From assembly GCA_019418625.1 (NCBI GenBank), contig DYBL01000010.1:5167-69166 (forward strand): a stretch of DNA of 64,000 nucleotides. Direction: 5' to 3'. The position numbers were made by a program, and so were the translations under genes. Shown here in pieces: positions 37,812 to 47,452 of this stretch (the first letter of the stretch is position 1; every line of letters begins with the position of its first letter). This stretch comes from Clostridiales bacterium (lineage in GTDB: Bacteria > Bacillota > Clostridia > Oscillospirales > Oscillospiraceae). The notes beneath the pieces are model-generated. The model saw only the letters and a list, made by a program, of their open reading frames with translations. It was not told where the DNA came from and did no database searches.

Positions 37812-38741
37812 TCATTGTCCCAGTATGCGGTGCAGGAGCGCGGACGCCTGCTTCAGTGCGTCGTCCAGGGGGATGGTATAGTCCTCCTGCTCGATGCTCA
37901 GGGCCCCGTCGTATCCCAGGGAACGGAGGGTATCCACAAAGGAGCGCCACCAGTCCTCGCTGTGGCCGCTGCCGGGGGTGACATAGTTCCAGGAACGGCC
38001 CGCAATGTCCAAAACATCTTTGGTCTCCAGCATGGTGTTTACCGCACCGGCTTTTTCCAGACGGGCGTCCTTGATATGTACGTGGTAGATGGCGCCCTCC
38101 AGCGCCCGGGCGGTGGCCAGGGGATCCGCCCCCATCCAGAAAAGATGGCTGGGGTCCAGATTCACGCCCACGATGGGGCCTATGGCCTGGCGCAGCCGCT
38201 GGAAGCTCTCCGGATTATAGACCAGCTGCCAGCCGTGGAACTCCAGGGCGATGCGGCGGATGCCGCAATCCTCTGCCTGCCGGGCCATGACCTGCCACTG
38301 GGCGATGGCCTCGTCCCACTGATAGCGGAGGATGTCCACGGTTTCCCTGGGCCAGCAGGTGACGATCCAGGTGGGACTGCGGTCCTCCGGGCAGCCCCCG
38401 GGCAGGCCGCTCATCATCACCACTGTGTCCACGCCCAGCTGCTGGGCCAGGCGGAAGGTCTTCTCCGTTACATCGCGGTTTTCCCGGCCCTTCTGGCCTG
38501 GAAAGAGGGGATTTCCGGAGCAGTTGAGCGCAGAGATGGTCAGGCCGTTGTCCGCCAGGGTGCCGGTCAGGGCCCGGCGGGCATCGGCGCAGGTGAGCAG
38601 GGTGTCCAGATCCACATGGGGCGCGCTGGACCAGTTGCCGCAGCCCAGCTCCACCTGCTCCAGCCCCAGGTCGCGGCATTTGACCGCCGCCTGCTCCAGC
38701 GGCAGGTGAGCAAGGCTGTCCGTCATCAATCCCAGTTTCAT
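37812..38741 (-). CDS. Sugar phosphate isomerase/epimerase (xylose-isomerase-like TIM barrel)
   Basis: ISALNCSGNPL, ALEFH, NLDPSHLFW, HVHIKD, LSIEQED. Confidence 0.87.
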   Translation of the reverse strand: MKLGLMTDSLAHLPLEQAAVKCRDLGLEQVELGCGNWSSAPHVDLDTLLTCADARRALTGTLADNGLTISALNCSGNPLFPGQKGRENRDVTEKTFRLAQQLGVDTVVMMSGLPGGCPEDRSPTWIVTCWPRETVDILRYQWDEAIAQWQVMARQAEDCGIRRIALEFHGWQLVYNPESFQRLRQAIGPIVGVNLDPSHLFWMGADPLATARALEGAIYHVHIKDARLEKAGAVNTMLETKDVLDIAGRSWNYVTPGSGHSEDWWRSFVDTLRSLGYDGALSIEQEDYTIPLDDALKQASALLHRILGQ

Positions 38742-38881
38742 GGAAAAGACCCTCCTTATAGTTGATGGCTTCAGCATAGCACAAAATCGTTGCGCATGTC
38801 CACTAAATGCGGATTTTTTTCTTGACGCGGGCGGCACCGCGGGAGTATGGTGAAGCCACAGAACAAAAGGAGGAGATTTCT

Positions 38882-39304
38882 ATGGGCTGCTTTTACTGTG
38901 ACGAACATAACGAGGGCCGGGAGGCCATCATGTTCCCCGTGGGTGAGATGAAGGCCGGTATGCTCTACCTTTTCAAGGACCAGGCGCACCGGGGCCGGTG
39001 TGTGCTGGCGCTGAAGAACCACCGGCGGGAGCTGTGCGAGTGTGAGCCGGCGGAGCTGGCGGACTTTGCAGAGGATCTGGCCCGGGCCAGCGGCGCCGTG
39101 AAGGAGCTGTGGGGCTGCACCAAGCTGAACCTGGCTTCCTTTGGCGACGCAAATCCCCATCTGCACTTCCATATCGTGCCCAAATACGAGGGCGGCTTTG
39201 AGTTCGGCGGGAACTTCCAGATCACAAATCCGGAGCCGGTCTATCTCAAGGATGAGGAATACAAGGATATGATCCGGGCTCTGCGGGAAAAATTGGGCAT
39301 GTGA
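38882..39304 (+). CDS. HIT-family nucleotide hydrolase
   Basis: N-terminal CFYC and HLHFHIVP histidine triad. Confidence 0.9.
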   Translation: MGCFYCDEHNEGREAIMFPVGEMKAGMLYLFKDQAHRGRCVLALKNHRRELCECEPAELADFAEDLARASGAVKELWGCTKLNLASFGDANPHLHFHIVPKYEGGFEFGGNFQITNPEPVYLKDEEYKDMIRALREKLGM

Positions 39305-39467
39305 GCCATGCCGCGGACAAGAGAGAGGCCTGTGCCTCTCTCTTGTCTTTTTTCCCAAACCTGTTCACGCAAATTTTACGAAATGTCCTCTTTCGCGAAG
39401 CGACGGCATGTGCTAGAATAAACTCCGTTGGAAAACGATTACCTTTGAGAAAGGTGGTTTATTATCG

Positions 39468-41207
39468 ATGAGAAAGACGAAGATCGTGTGCACGCTTGGC
39501 CCCGCCACGGACGGGGAGGGCATCCTGCGGGAGATGGCGCTGGCGGGCATGAACGTGGCTCGTTTCAATTTTTCCCACGGCACCCATGAAGAGCACAAGG
39601 CGCGGCTGGACGCGCTGAAGGCCCTGCGCCAGGAGCTGAATCTGCCCATTGCTGCCATGCTGGACACCAAGGGACCGGAGGTGCGGCTGAAGACCTTCGC
39701 CAAGGGCACTGTGGAGCTCAAGGCCGATACGGAGTTCACGCTGACCACCCGGGAGGTGGTGGGCGATGAGACCTGCTGCTCCATCACTTACAACGATCTG
39801 CCCGGCGATGTGAAGGCGGGCGACACCATTTTGCTGGATGACGGTCTGGTGCGCATGACGGTCCTGGATACCACTGACACGGATATCCGCTGCCATGTGG
39901 AAAACAGCGGCGTCATGAAAAACAACAAGGGCGTCAACATCCCCGGCGTCCGGCTGTCCATGCCCTATGTGAGCCAGCGGGACCGGGACGATATCCTCTT
40001 CGGCATCCGGGAGGGCTTTGACTACATTGCCGCCAGCTTCGTCCGCACCGCTGCCGATATCCGGGAGCTGCGGCAGATCCTGGACCAGGAGGATTCCCAT
40101 ATCCGCATCATCGCCAAGATCGAAAACCGGGAGGGCGTCAGCAATCTGCCGGATATCCTCAACGTGGCCGACGGCATCATGGTGGCCCGCGGCGACATGG
40201 GCGTGGAGATCGACTTTACGGAGATCCCTGTGATCCAGAAGGATATGATCGCCCAGTGTGTGGCCTGCGGCAAGCCGGTCATCACCGCTACCCAGATGCT
40301 GGATTCCATGATCGAAAATCCCCGGCCCACTCGGGCGGAGATCACCGACGTGGCCAACGCCATCTATGACGGCACCTCCGCCATCATGCTCTCCGGCGAG
40401 ACCGCCGCGGGCAAGTACCCGGTGGAGGCCGTCCACACCATGGACGCCATCGCCCGCCGGACGGAGGCCAACATCGAACGGGCCAAGCCCCTGAAGGTCT
40501 CCGGCAAGGAGCGGCTGTCCGTCACCACCGCTATGGCCCACGCCGCCTGCACCACCGCCATGGACATCGGCGCCGACGCCATCCTCACCGTCAGCCAGCG
40601 GGGCGTCACGGCCCAGATGGTCAGCCGTTTCCGTCCCCGCACCACCGTGGTGGCACTGCTGCTGGATGAGCAGGTGCGCCGGCAGATGGCCCTTTACTGG
40701 GGGGTGGAGCCGGTGACCATGCCCTATGCCAGCAACACCGACGAACTGGTGGAGTTTGCCGTCACCGCTGCGGAAAAGGCGGGCATCGTCCACCAGGGCG
40801 ACCTGGTGGTGGTCACCGCCGGTGTGCCCGTGGGCGTGGCCGGCACCACCAACATGATCCGGGTGCAGCAGGTGGGCGGTTCCCTCATCAACGCCATCGG
40901 CATCGGTGAGAAAAAGGCCAGCGGCCGGCTGTGCGTCTGCCGCATGCTGGAGGACGTGGCCGAGAAGTTCCGGGAGGGCGACGTACTGGTGGTGCCCTAC
41001 ACCACCAACGACCTGCTGCCCTATATCCGCCGGGCATCTGCGGTGATCAGCGAGGAGGCCAGCGCCGACTGCCATACGGCCACCGTGGGATTGACCCTGG
41101 ATAAGCCGGTGATCGTGGGCGCCGTGGATGCCACCCGCCGTCTCAAGGACGGGACCCGGGTGTCTGTGGACTGTGTCCGCGGTGTGGTGCAGACGCTGCC
41201 GGAATAA
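39468..41207 (+). CDS. pyk: Pyruvate kinase with a C-terminal PEP-utiliser domain
   Basis: RKTKIVCTLGPAT, ARFNFSHG, DTKGPE, MVARGD, ATQMLDSM, MLSGETA. Confidence 0.98.
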   Translation: MRKTKIVCTLGPATDGEGILREMALAGMNVARFNFSHGTHEEHKARLDALKALRQELNLPIAAMLDTKGPEVRLKTFAKGTVELKADTEFTLTTREVVGDETCCSITYNDLPGDVKAGDTILLDDGLVRMTVLDTTDTDIRCHVENSGVMKNNKGVNIPGVRLSMPYVSQRDRDDILFGIREGFDYIAASFVRTAADIRELRQILDQEDSHIRIIAKIENREGVSNLPDILNVADGIMVARGDMGVEIDFTEIPVIQKDMIAQCVACGKPVITATQMLDSMIENPRPTRAEITDVANAIYDGTSAIMLSGETAAGKYPVEAVHTMDAIARRTEANIERAKPLKVSGKERLSVTTAMAHAACTTAMDIGADAILTVSQRGVTAQMVSRFRPRTTVVALLLDEQVRRQMALYWGVEPVTMPYASNTDELVEFAVTAAEKAGIVHQGDLVVVTAGVPVGVAGTTNMIRVQQVGGSLINAIGIGEKKASGRLCVCRMLEDVAEKFREGDVLVVPYTTNDLLPYIRRASAVISEEASADCHTATVGLTLDKPVIVGAVDATRRLKDGTRVSVDCVRGVVQTLPE

Positions 41208-41220
41208 TCAGAAGAATATC

Positions 41221-41252
41221 AAAGCGCCCCCGTTTTACCGGGGGCGCTTTTC
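41221..41252 (+). terminator. Rho-independent terminator
   Basis: AAAGCGCCCCCG...CGGGGGCGCTTTT. Confidence 0.8.
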
Positions 41253-41352
41253 CTGCTTTGTCATGGTATGGTTTTACCGGAAACGGTTGAAAATATAGGC
41301 GAAAGCATGTATAATACCTCCGCAATTACATTATGTATGGGAGTGAAGTTCC

Positions 41353-43755
41353 TTGGCTAAATTTCAACGCCCGGCACAAAGCGGGACGCCGTCCCGGGAT
41401 GTGCTGGGGGCTTTGTATCCGTATTTGCTGCCGCTGCTTGTGTTCCTGGCCATCACCGGCATCAGCGGACAGGCAGTCGTGGGGCTCGTGGCCGTTGCCC
41501 TGGTGCTGTCCGTGGGTCGGATCCCCTGGGGGAATCTCCGCGGCCGCGCCGGAGCACTGACACTGGCTGTGGCGGTCTATGCCCTGATCTATCTGCTCTC
41601 AGGGCTCTGGTGCAGCTTCGGCGCCTATGCCGCCCAGGAGAGCACCAAGATGCTGGCGGCGCTGGCGGTCTTCGGCCTGGTTCTGGCCCGGTCGGAAAAA
41701 GAGGGATTGCGCAGGCTTTTTTGGTCGCTCCACGGCGTATTGACAGCCGTGTCTCTTTTGTGCATCGATGCCGGCAGCGCCCAGGTGCTGGCCCGGGGCT
41801 TTTCCGCACTGATGAAGCTGCTTGGCTGCAGCTATCCGCTGGAGACCATGGGCTATGAGGAGGGGGTCCGGATCACCGGCATCTTCTCAAACGCCAACGT
41901 CTCCGCAGGCCTCATTGCCTTCGGCCTTTTGCTGGGGCTGTATCTCTATCGTACCGCCGGCAGTGAAAAAGCGCGGGCCGCGGCGGCGGTGACCCTGGGC
42001 GTGGAGGCCCTGGCGTTCTTCCTCTCCTTCTCCATGGGTGCCATGGGCTCGTTCGCGCTGACATGCGTGGTATACCTGGTTTGCGTGGGCCGGGGCGCCC
42101 GGCTGGAGACTTTTGTTCTGATGCTGGAGTGCGTGCTGGTCACATTGGCATGCTCTTTCGGCGCCTATGCCTTTTTGGGCACGGGCAGTGTGGTGCCCGT
42201 GCTGCTGGCGGTGGTGTGCGGCGCCCTGATTTGGGTGCTGGATCGCTTCGCGGGAAAGAAGCTGGTGCGGGCGATGGAAGGGCGGAGCCGGGCGGTGGCT
42301 ATCTCCGGCGGGGTGCTGGCGGCTGCGGTGGTGCTCTATATCGTGCTGGCATTCAACCTCACCGGCGCGCTGCGGCTGAGCGCGGATGAGACGGTATCCC
42401 GGGCCATCTATCCCGACGCCGGGACGTATACCGTCTCCGTGGAGGGCGCGGATCCTCAGGCGCGGATCTACGCCCAGAACGAGGCCCAGCTGATGATGCA
42501 CACGGAGACTGTGCTCTACGAGGGACCGCTTTCTCAGGCGGAGATCACCGTGGAAGAGGGCACCCGCGTGGTGTGGTTCCAGATGTCCTGCGATGGAGAG
42601 GTGGAATCCGTCACGCTGTCTGACGGCACGGAGGTGCCTCTGGGCTACAAGCTGCTGCCCGGCTTTGCGGCCAACCGTCTTCAGGGCCTGCAGGCCAACC
42701 AGAACTTTATTCAGCGGCTGGTCTTTTTCCGGGACGGACTGAAGCTGTGGCAGGAGAGCCCTGTTATCGGCTGGGGCGTGGGCGGCGTGGAAGGCCGCAT
42801 CACCGCCGTGCAGAGCTTCTACTATGAGTCCAAGTATATCCACAATCAGTTCATCCAGATCCTGGATGAAGCCGGCGTTGTGGGTCTGGCGGCATTCCTG
42901 TTTTTGCTGGGCAGTGCCATTTGGCTGCTGGCGCGGCGCCGGAAGGACGCGGACCGGGGCGGAGAGTTCGCACTCTTTGCCGCTTGTCTTACTATGATGA
43001 TCGCCCACTCCATGACGGAAGTGGTCTGGTCTACCCAAATGTATCAGGTGGCGGTATTTGTCCTGCTGGCGGCCATGATCGTACGCTACGGCACAGCCGG
43101 CGAGGAGCGCCGGACGGTTCGGGGCGGGACGTGCCTTGCGGCAGGGATCTGGGCCCTGGCGGTGGTATTTGCGGCGCTGCAGGTGAGCTCTCTCTCGGCG
43201 TCCGCGATCTATGCCGGCCTGGGGGACCAGGATCTGACGCGCACCGAGTTTGTTTCCAAGCTTCAGACGCTGGACCGGATGGAGGTATATGACGACTCTC
43301 TCTATCAGGCTACCGCTATGGTCAATGCTCTTCAGCTGGGCACGGCTACGGGACGGAGCATCGCGGACGGGTATGCGTCCGAGCTGATGGAAAGCGGAGA
43401 GTTTGACAGCTGTTATTATGTGGCGGCCTATTACTATCTGCCTCTGCGGGATTTTGCGGGATTCTTCAGCGCCTGCCGGACGGGACTGGAGCAGGAGGCG
43501 TCCAACCCGGGCGCTTGGAACAGCATCGCGCACCTCTATGCCCAGGCCGGCGCCCAGCTGGAGCCCGGGGAGATGGAGGCGTATGTGGACAGTGTGGAAG
43601 AGTTTGCCCGGCTGCTGGAGGACTTCAATGACAGCGGACGTATGGAGCAGATCCGGCTGGACGAAGAGAACCAGGCATTTTTGGATGCTGCGGTGGCCCA
43701 GGCTGACGCTGACGGGCAGAGCGCCTATGACGCTTTGCAGGGCTATTTCCAGTAA
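41353..43755 (+). CDS. O-antigen ligase / O-oligosaccharyltransferase (Wzy_C) family membrane protein
   Basis: RITGIFSNAN, SFSMGA, RL.FFRDG...PVIGWG.GG, YIHNQFIQILDEAG.VG; many TM segments; TTG start. Confidence 0.8.
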   Translation: MAKFQRPAQSGTPSRDVLGALYPYLLPLLVFLAITGISGQAVVGLVAVALVLSVGRIPWGNLRGRAGALTLAVAVYALIYLLSGLWCSFGAYAAQESTKMLAALAVFGLVLARSEKEGLRRLFWSLHGVLTAVSLLCIDAGSAQVLARGFSALMKLLGCSYPLETMGYEEGVRITGIFSNANVSAGLIAFGLLLGLYLYRTAGSEKARAAAAVTLGVEALAFFLSFSMGAMGSFALTCVVYLVCVGRGARLETFVLMLECVLVTLACSFGAYAFLGTGSVVPVLLAVVCGALIWVLDRFAGKKLVRAMEGRSRAVAISGGVLAAAVVLYIVLAFNLTGALRLSADETVSRAIYPDAGTYTVSVEGADPQARIYAQNEAQLMMHTETVLYEGPLSQAEITVEEGTRVVWFQMSCDGEVESVTLSDGTEVPLGYKLLPGFAANRLQGLQANQNFIQRLVFFRDGLKLWQESPVIGWGVGGVEGRITAVQSFYYESKYIHNQFIQILDEAGVVGLAAFLFLLGSAIWLLARRRKDADRGGEFALFAACLTMMIAHSMTEVVWSTQMYQVAVFVLLAAMIVRYGTAGEERRTVRGGTCLAAGIWALAVVFAALQVSSLSASAIYAGLGDQDLTRTEFVSKLQTLDRMEVYDDSLYQATAMVNALQLGTATGRSIADGYASELMESGEFDSCYYVAAYYYLPLRDFAGFFSACRTGLEQEASNPGAWNSIAHLYAQAGAQLEPGEMEAYVDSVEEFARLLEDFNDSGRMEQIRLDEENQAFLDAAVAQADADGQSAYDALQGYFQ

Positions 43756-43773
43756 CGGCCCCCGAAAATAAGG

Positions 43774-43810
43774 AAAAAGCACGCGGAAATCCGTTTCCGC
43801 GTGCTTTTTT
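43774..43810 (+). terminator. Rho-independent terminator
   Basis: AAAAAGCACGCGGAAA-TCCG-TTTCCGCGTGCTTTTTT. Confidence 0.85.
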
Positions 43811-43894
43811 ATGCAAACGTGCATATTTGTGTGCACGTTTGCTGCGTTTGGAGGGAAAGGGTGAATCCAACGGGGACGGGAAGGGGGTGAGAGA

Positions 43895-44626
43895 ATGAAT
43901 TACACGGAAAACTACCGGCTCAATCAGTGGGACGCGGAGGACCGGATCCTTCGGGAGGACTTCAACCGGGACAACGCCAACGTGGAAAGCGGCCTGACGG
44001 CGCTCAAAAAGGGGCTGGAAACAGAGACGCAGGAACGCAAAACAGCGGTAACGGCCGCCAAGCAGGAGGCGTCCCAGGCCCTGACATCCGCCGTCGGCGC
44101 GCTGGAGAGCGGCAAGGCGGACAAGACCGCCCTGGCCCAGCTCCAGGCGCAAGTGGATGGCATGCCCTTTGTAAAGCTGCAGGAGATCACCGTCAGCCAG
44201 GGCGGCGTCAACCAGATAGATGTGGATGTGAGCCAGATCCAGTGGCAGCAGTATGCATATGTGCTGTTTCGGGTAAAGCTGCTGATGGAAGATGGCGGGT
44301 TGATCAGGCTGCTGGTCAACGGCCAGACGGACTACGTGTATGAATCCGGAGACCGCAGTCAGCAGTATTTGCAGCGGTTCAGAGGTACCTCCCTGTCAGG
44401 CGTCGGATTCCAGTCTGTGCAGATCCAGTTCATGGAGGAAAGAGGATATATGACAACCCTCCAAACCAGTGTGGACGGAAACAGCGGAAAAGGCGAGGTG
44501 GTCGGCGGGATCCTGGATCCTCTTAAAATTTCAGCACTGCAGGTACAAACGCTGAATTTTGTGGCTGAAAGTGAAGACACGCTTGCTCAGAACGGGAAAA
44601 TTTATATTTATGGGGTGAAGCTATGA
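43895..44626 (+). CDS. Hypothetical protein resembling a phage tail-fibre/receptor-binding protein
   Basis: N-terminal TENYRLNQW...DFNRDN anchor-like motif, coiled-coil neck, beta-rich C-terminal domain ending GKIYIYGVK; GGGGGTG RBS. Confidence 0.55.
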   Translation: MNYTENYRLNQWDAEDRILREDFNRDNANVESGLTALKKGLETETQERKTAVTAAKQEASQALTSAVGALESGKADKTALAQLQAQVDGMPFVKLQEITVSQGGVNQIDVDVSQIQWQQYAYVLFRVKLLMEDGGLIRLLVNGQTDYVYESGDRSQQYLQRFRGTSLSGVGFQSVQIQFMEERGYMTTLQTSVDGNSGKGEVVGGILDPLKISALQVQTLNFVAESEDTLAQNGKIYIYGVKL

Positions 44627-44742
44627 AAATCAAGGTGTTGGTCTGTAACTGGGATGGCAGCCAGCATGTAGAGGAGCGGGAAGTACCCGACGATTATCTG
44701 GCTCCGCCGATCCAGGAGCCGCAGGAGCAGACCCAGAAGTAG
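44623..44742 (+). CDS. 39-aa small protein absent from the ORF track (MKIKVLVCNWDGSQHVEEREVPDDYLAPPIQEPQEQTQK)
   Basis: ATGA overlap with the upstream stop, GGGGTG RBS, followed by a terminator. Confidence 0.6.
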   Translation: MKIKVLVCNWDGSQHVEEREVPDDYLAPPIQEPQEQTQK

Positions 44743-44753
44743 CCGTCTCAGGA

Positions 44754-44786
44754 AAAAAGCCCCGCGCCATTCGGCGCGGGGCTTTC
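44754..44786. terminator. Bidirectional terminator
   Basis: AAAGCCCCGCGCC-ATTC-GGCGCGGGGCTTT. Confidence 0.8.
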
Positions 44787-44787
44787 C

Positions 44788-45897
44788 TTATTTTCCTGGG
44801 GCGGAGAGGTACAGCTCCATGACCCGGGGCAGCACCCGGTCCAGCGCATAGGGAGCGGCGGCCTGGAATGCTGCCTGGCCCATGGCGGCGGTGCGATCCG
44901 GGTCGGCCAGCAGCTGTTCCACGGCCCGGACGAAAGCCGGTGCATCGCCGAAGGGGAACAAAAGGCCCGTTTTGCCCGGCGTTACCAGATCGGTGTGGCC
45001 CTTGACGGCGGTGGCCACCACAGGGAGCGAGGCATGCATGGCCTCCATGATGTTGAAGGGCAGGCCCTCTGAGCGGCTGGAGGAGACGGCGCAGTCCGCC
45101 ATAGCATACCAGGGGGCCATAGCGGCACAGTAGCCGGGGAAAAGCACCCGGTCCGCCACGCCCAGCTGCCGGGCCAGGCTCCGACACTCGTCCAGCAATG
45201 CCCCCTGGCCGGGCAGGGCCAAAGTGACCCGCTCCGGCAGAAGCGGCATGGCCCGCAGCAGAGTGGATTGGTTCTTGCGCTTGGAAAACTCCGCCGCGTA
45301 AAGCAGGACGAAAGCGTCCGCAGCGAGCCCGTGCTCCCGGCGCAGTGCCTGACGCTCCTGGGGAGAAACCGCCGGGAAGCGGGAAAAATCCACGCCCATG
45401 CCCGGAATCTTCTCCACCCGGCGCCCCAGATGATGCTGCCGGGCGAAACGGGTATCGTAGTCGTTCATGGTCAAAAGCAGGTCCGTCTGGGCGGCGGTGA
45501 GACGCTCCGCCGACGCAAGAATGGTTTTTTTCGCGGGAGATGTGTCGTCATCAAATAGGTATCCGTGGGCCACGTTCACCACCGCCGGACGCGGGGAGAG
45601 GGAGGCGGCTGCCCGGCGGGTGAAAAAGGCCGCCAGGGACGTATGGGTGATGACCAGATCGTAGCGGTGCTCCGCCATGAGCGCGCGCAGGCGGCCCTGG
45701 GCGCGGAAGTTGGCCGGGGCGGTCATCTTTTTTTCAAAAGGCACGTCAAAGCAGGCATCCGATTCCGGGATGGGAATCGGCGCGCCGCCGCAGGCTGTGT
45801 GTACCTGCCAGCCCAGGGAGCGGAAGGCCTGGAGGTAGGGACGATGAAAGTGGGCGATGTGGGACCAGGTGGAGGCGGTGAACAAGACGGCCGGCAT
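44788..45897 (-). CDS. Glycosyltransferase family 4 (EpsD/WbuB-like)
   Basis: AEFSKRKNQ, SSRSEGLPFNIMEAM (EX7E), HGYLF. Confidence 0.92.
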   Translation of the reverse strand: MPAVLFTASTWSHIAHFHRPYLQAFRSLGWQVHTACGGAPIPIPESDACFDVPFEKKMTAPANFRAQGRLRALMAEHRYDLVITHTSLAAFFTRRAAASLSPRPAVVNVAHGYLFDDDTSPAKKTILASAERLTAAQTDLLLTMNDYDTRFARQHHLGRRVEKIPGMGVDFSRFPAVSPQERQALRREHGLAADAFVLLYAAEFSKRKNQSTLLRAMPLLPERVTLALPGQGALLDECRSLARQLGVADRVLFPGYCAAMAPWYAMADCAVSSSRSEGLPFNIMEAMHASLPVVATAVKGHTDLVTPGKTGLLFPFGDAPAFVRAVEQLLADPDRTAAMGQAAFQAAAPYALDRVLPRVMELYLSAPGK

Positions 45898-46025
45898 GGC
45901 AGGACCTCCCGAAACAGGATGTATTTATTATAGGGGGAAGAAAGTGTCATTGCAAGGAAATTGACAGCGGTCCTCAGAATCGGTACAATAGGGGCAAAGT
46001 TCGACATGGCGGAGGAGCTTGGGTC

Positions 46026-47405
46026 ATGATCAAGGAAAATCAGCATCTGCTCAACCAGCTGCACGTAGTTTCGGATGGCGTGCTGGTGTTCGCCTCCATG
46101 ATGATTGCCTATTTTATCCGTTTTTATGTGTTTTCAGGTATCGAGGGCATCCCGTTTTCCTATTATGTATACCTGGGACTGCTGGCGGTGGCACTGTGCC
46201 TGATCTCCTACGGTATGGCGGGGCTGTACAGCTCCTACCGGGCCATCCGGTTCCACCGGGAGGCCGCCCGGTTTTTGAGTGCCAATGCGCTGGATACCAT
46301 GGCCCTGACCAGCGTGCTGTTCGTGTTCCGGCTGGAGCACATGTCCCGCTGGACGCTGGTGTTCTTCTTCCTGGTCAGCTCGTTTTTGCTTTTGAGCAAG
46401 CGGGCGGCCATGCGCATTCTGCTGCGGCGGTACCGGCGCATGGGGTACAACCAAAAGCATGTGGTGCTGGTGGGGGACGGCCCCATGGCGGAAACCTATT
46501 TGAAGCGGGTGAAGACCGACCGCAACCTGGGGTTCCAGGTGGACGGCTATGTGTCCGACAGCCTGACCTGGAAGGACCTTGCCAACCTGGGACGCTACGA
46601 CCAGCTGGAGCAGGTGCTGGATGCACTGGTGCCTGATGAGGTGGTGGTGGCAGTCCGGGCCGCTGACGAGGCATGGCTGCCCCGGATCATCGCCGCCTGC
46701 GAAAAAACGGGCACCAAGGCATCCATCATTCCCTTCTATGCCGCCTACATCCCCTCCAACCCCCAGGTGGACAACATTGACGGCCTGCCCATGATCAACC
46801 TCAGGCGCATCCCTCTGGAGAATCTGGGCAACGCGTTTTTAAAGCGCGCCTTCGACATCGTGGGAGCGGCGGTGCTCATCGTGGTGACCTCGCCGCTGAT
46901 GCTCCTGGCCGCCGTGGGTGTGAAGCTCTCGTCCCCGGGCCCCATCATCTTCCGGCAGGTGCGGGTGGGGAAGAACAAAAAGGAATTTTACATGTACAAA
47001 TTCCGCTCCATGCGGGTCAATGCCAAGGAGCAGACCGGCTGGAGCCGGGATGTGGATCCCCGCAAGACGGCCTTCGGCTCCTTTATCCGCAAGTTCTCCA
47101 TCGATGAGCTGCCGCAGTTTTTCAACGTGCTCAAGGGAGACATGAGCCTGGTGGGCCCCCGGCCGGAGGTGCCCCACTTCGTGGAGCAGTTCAAAGAGGA
47201 GATCCCCCGTTACATGGTCAAGCACCAGGTGCGCCCGGGCATCACCGGCTGGGCCCAGGTGAACGGACTGCGGGGAGACACCTCCATCCGGGAGCGGATC
47301 GAGCACGACCTTTATTACATCGAAAACTGGAATATCCTGTTTGACGTGAAGATCCTGCTCATGACGCTGTTCCGGGCGGTGAACAAGGAAAAGATCAACA
47401 TCTGA
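46026..47405 (+). CDS. Undecaprenyl-phosphate sugar-1-phosphate transferase (WcaJ-like priming GT)
   Basis: KRAFDI, KFRSM, IDELPQFFNVLKGDMSLVGPRP, PGITGWAQVNG. Confidence 0.94.
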   Translation: MIKENQHLLNQLHVVSDGVLVFASMMIAYFIRFYVFSGIEGIPFSYYVYLGLLAVALCLISYGMAGLYSSYRAIRFHREAARFLSANALDTMALTSVLFVFRLEHMSRWTLVFFFLVSSFLLLSKRAAMRILLRRYRRMGYNQKHVVLVGDGPMAETYLKRVKTDRNLGFQVDGYVSDSLTWKDLANLGRYDQLEQVLDALVPDEVVVAVRAADEAWLPRIIAACEKTGTKASIIPFYAAYIPSNPQVDNIDGLPMINLRRIPLENLGNAFLKRAFDIVGAAVLIVVTSPLMLLAAVGVKLSSPGPIIFRQVRVGKNKKEFYMYKFRSMRVNAKEQTGWSRDVDPRKTAFGSFIRKFSIDELPQFFNVLKGDMSLVGPRPEVPHFVEQFKEEIPRYMVKHQVRPGITGWAQVNGLRGDTSIRERIEHDLYYIENWNILFDVKILLMTLFRAVNKEKINI

Positions 47406-47452
47406 AGGAGCGGGGCATATCCCCGCTTCTTTTTCCGGAGGGAGGAACGGAT

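Noticed and set aside
43895..44742. Prophage
   Set aside because: No integrase, capsid, terminase, lysis genes or att-like direct repeats in the window.
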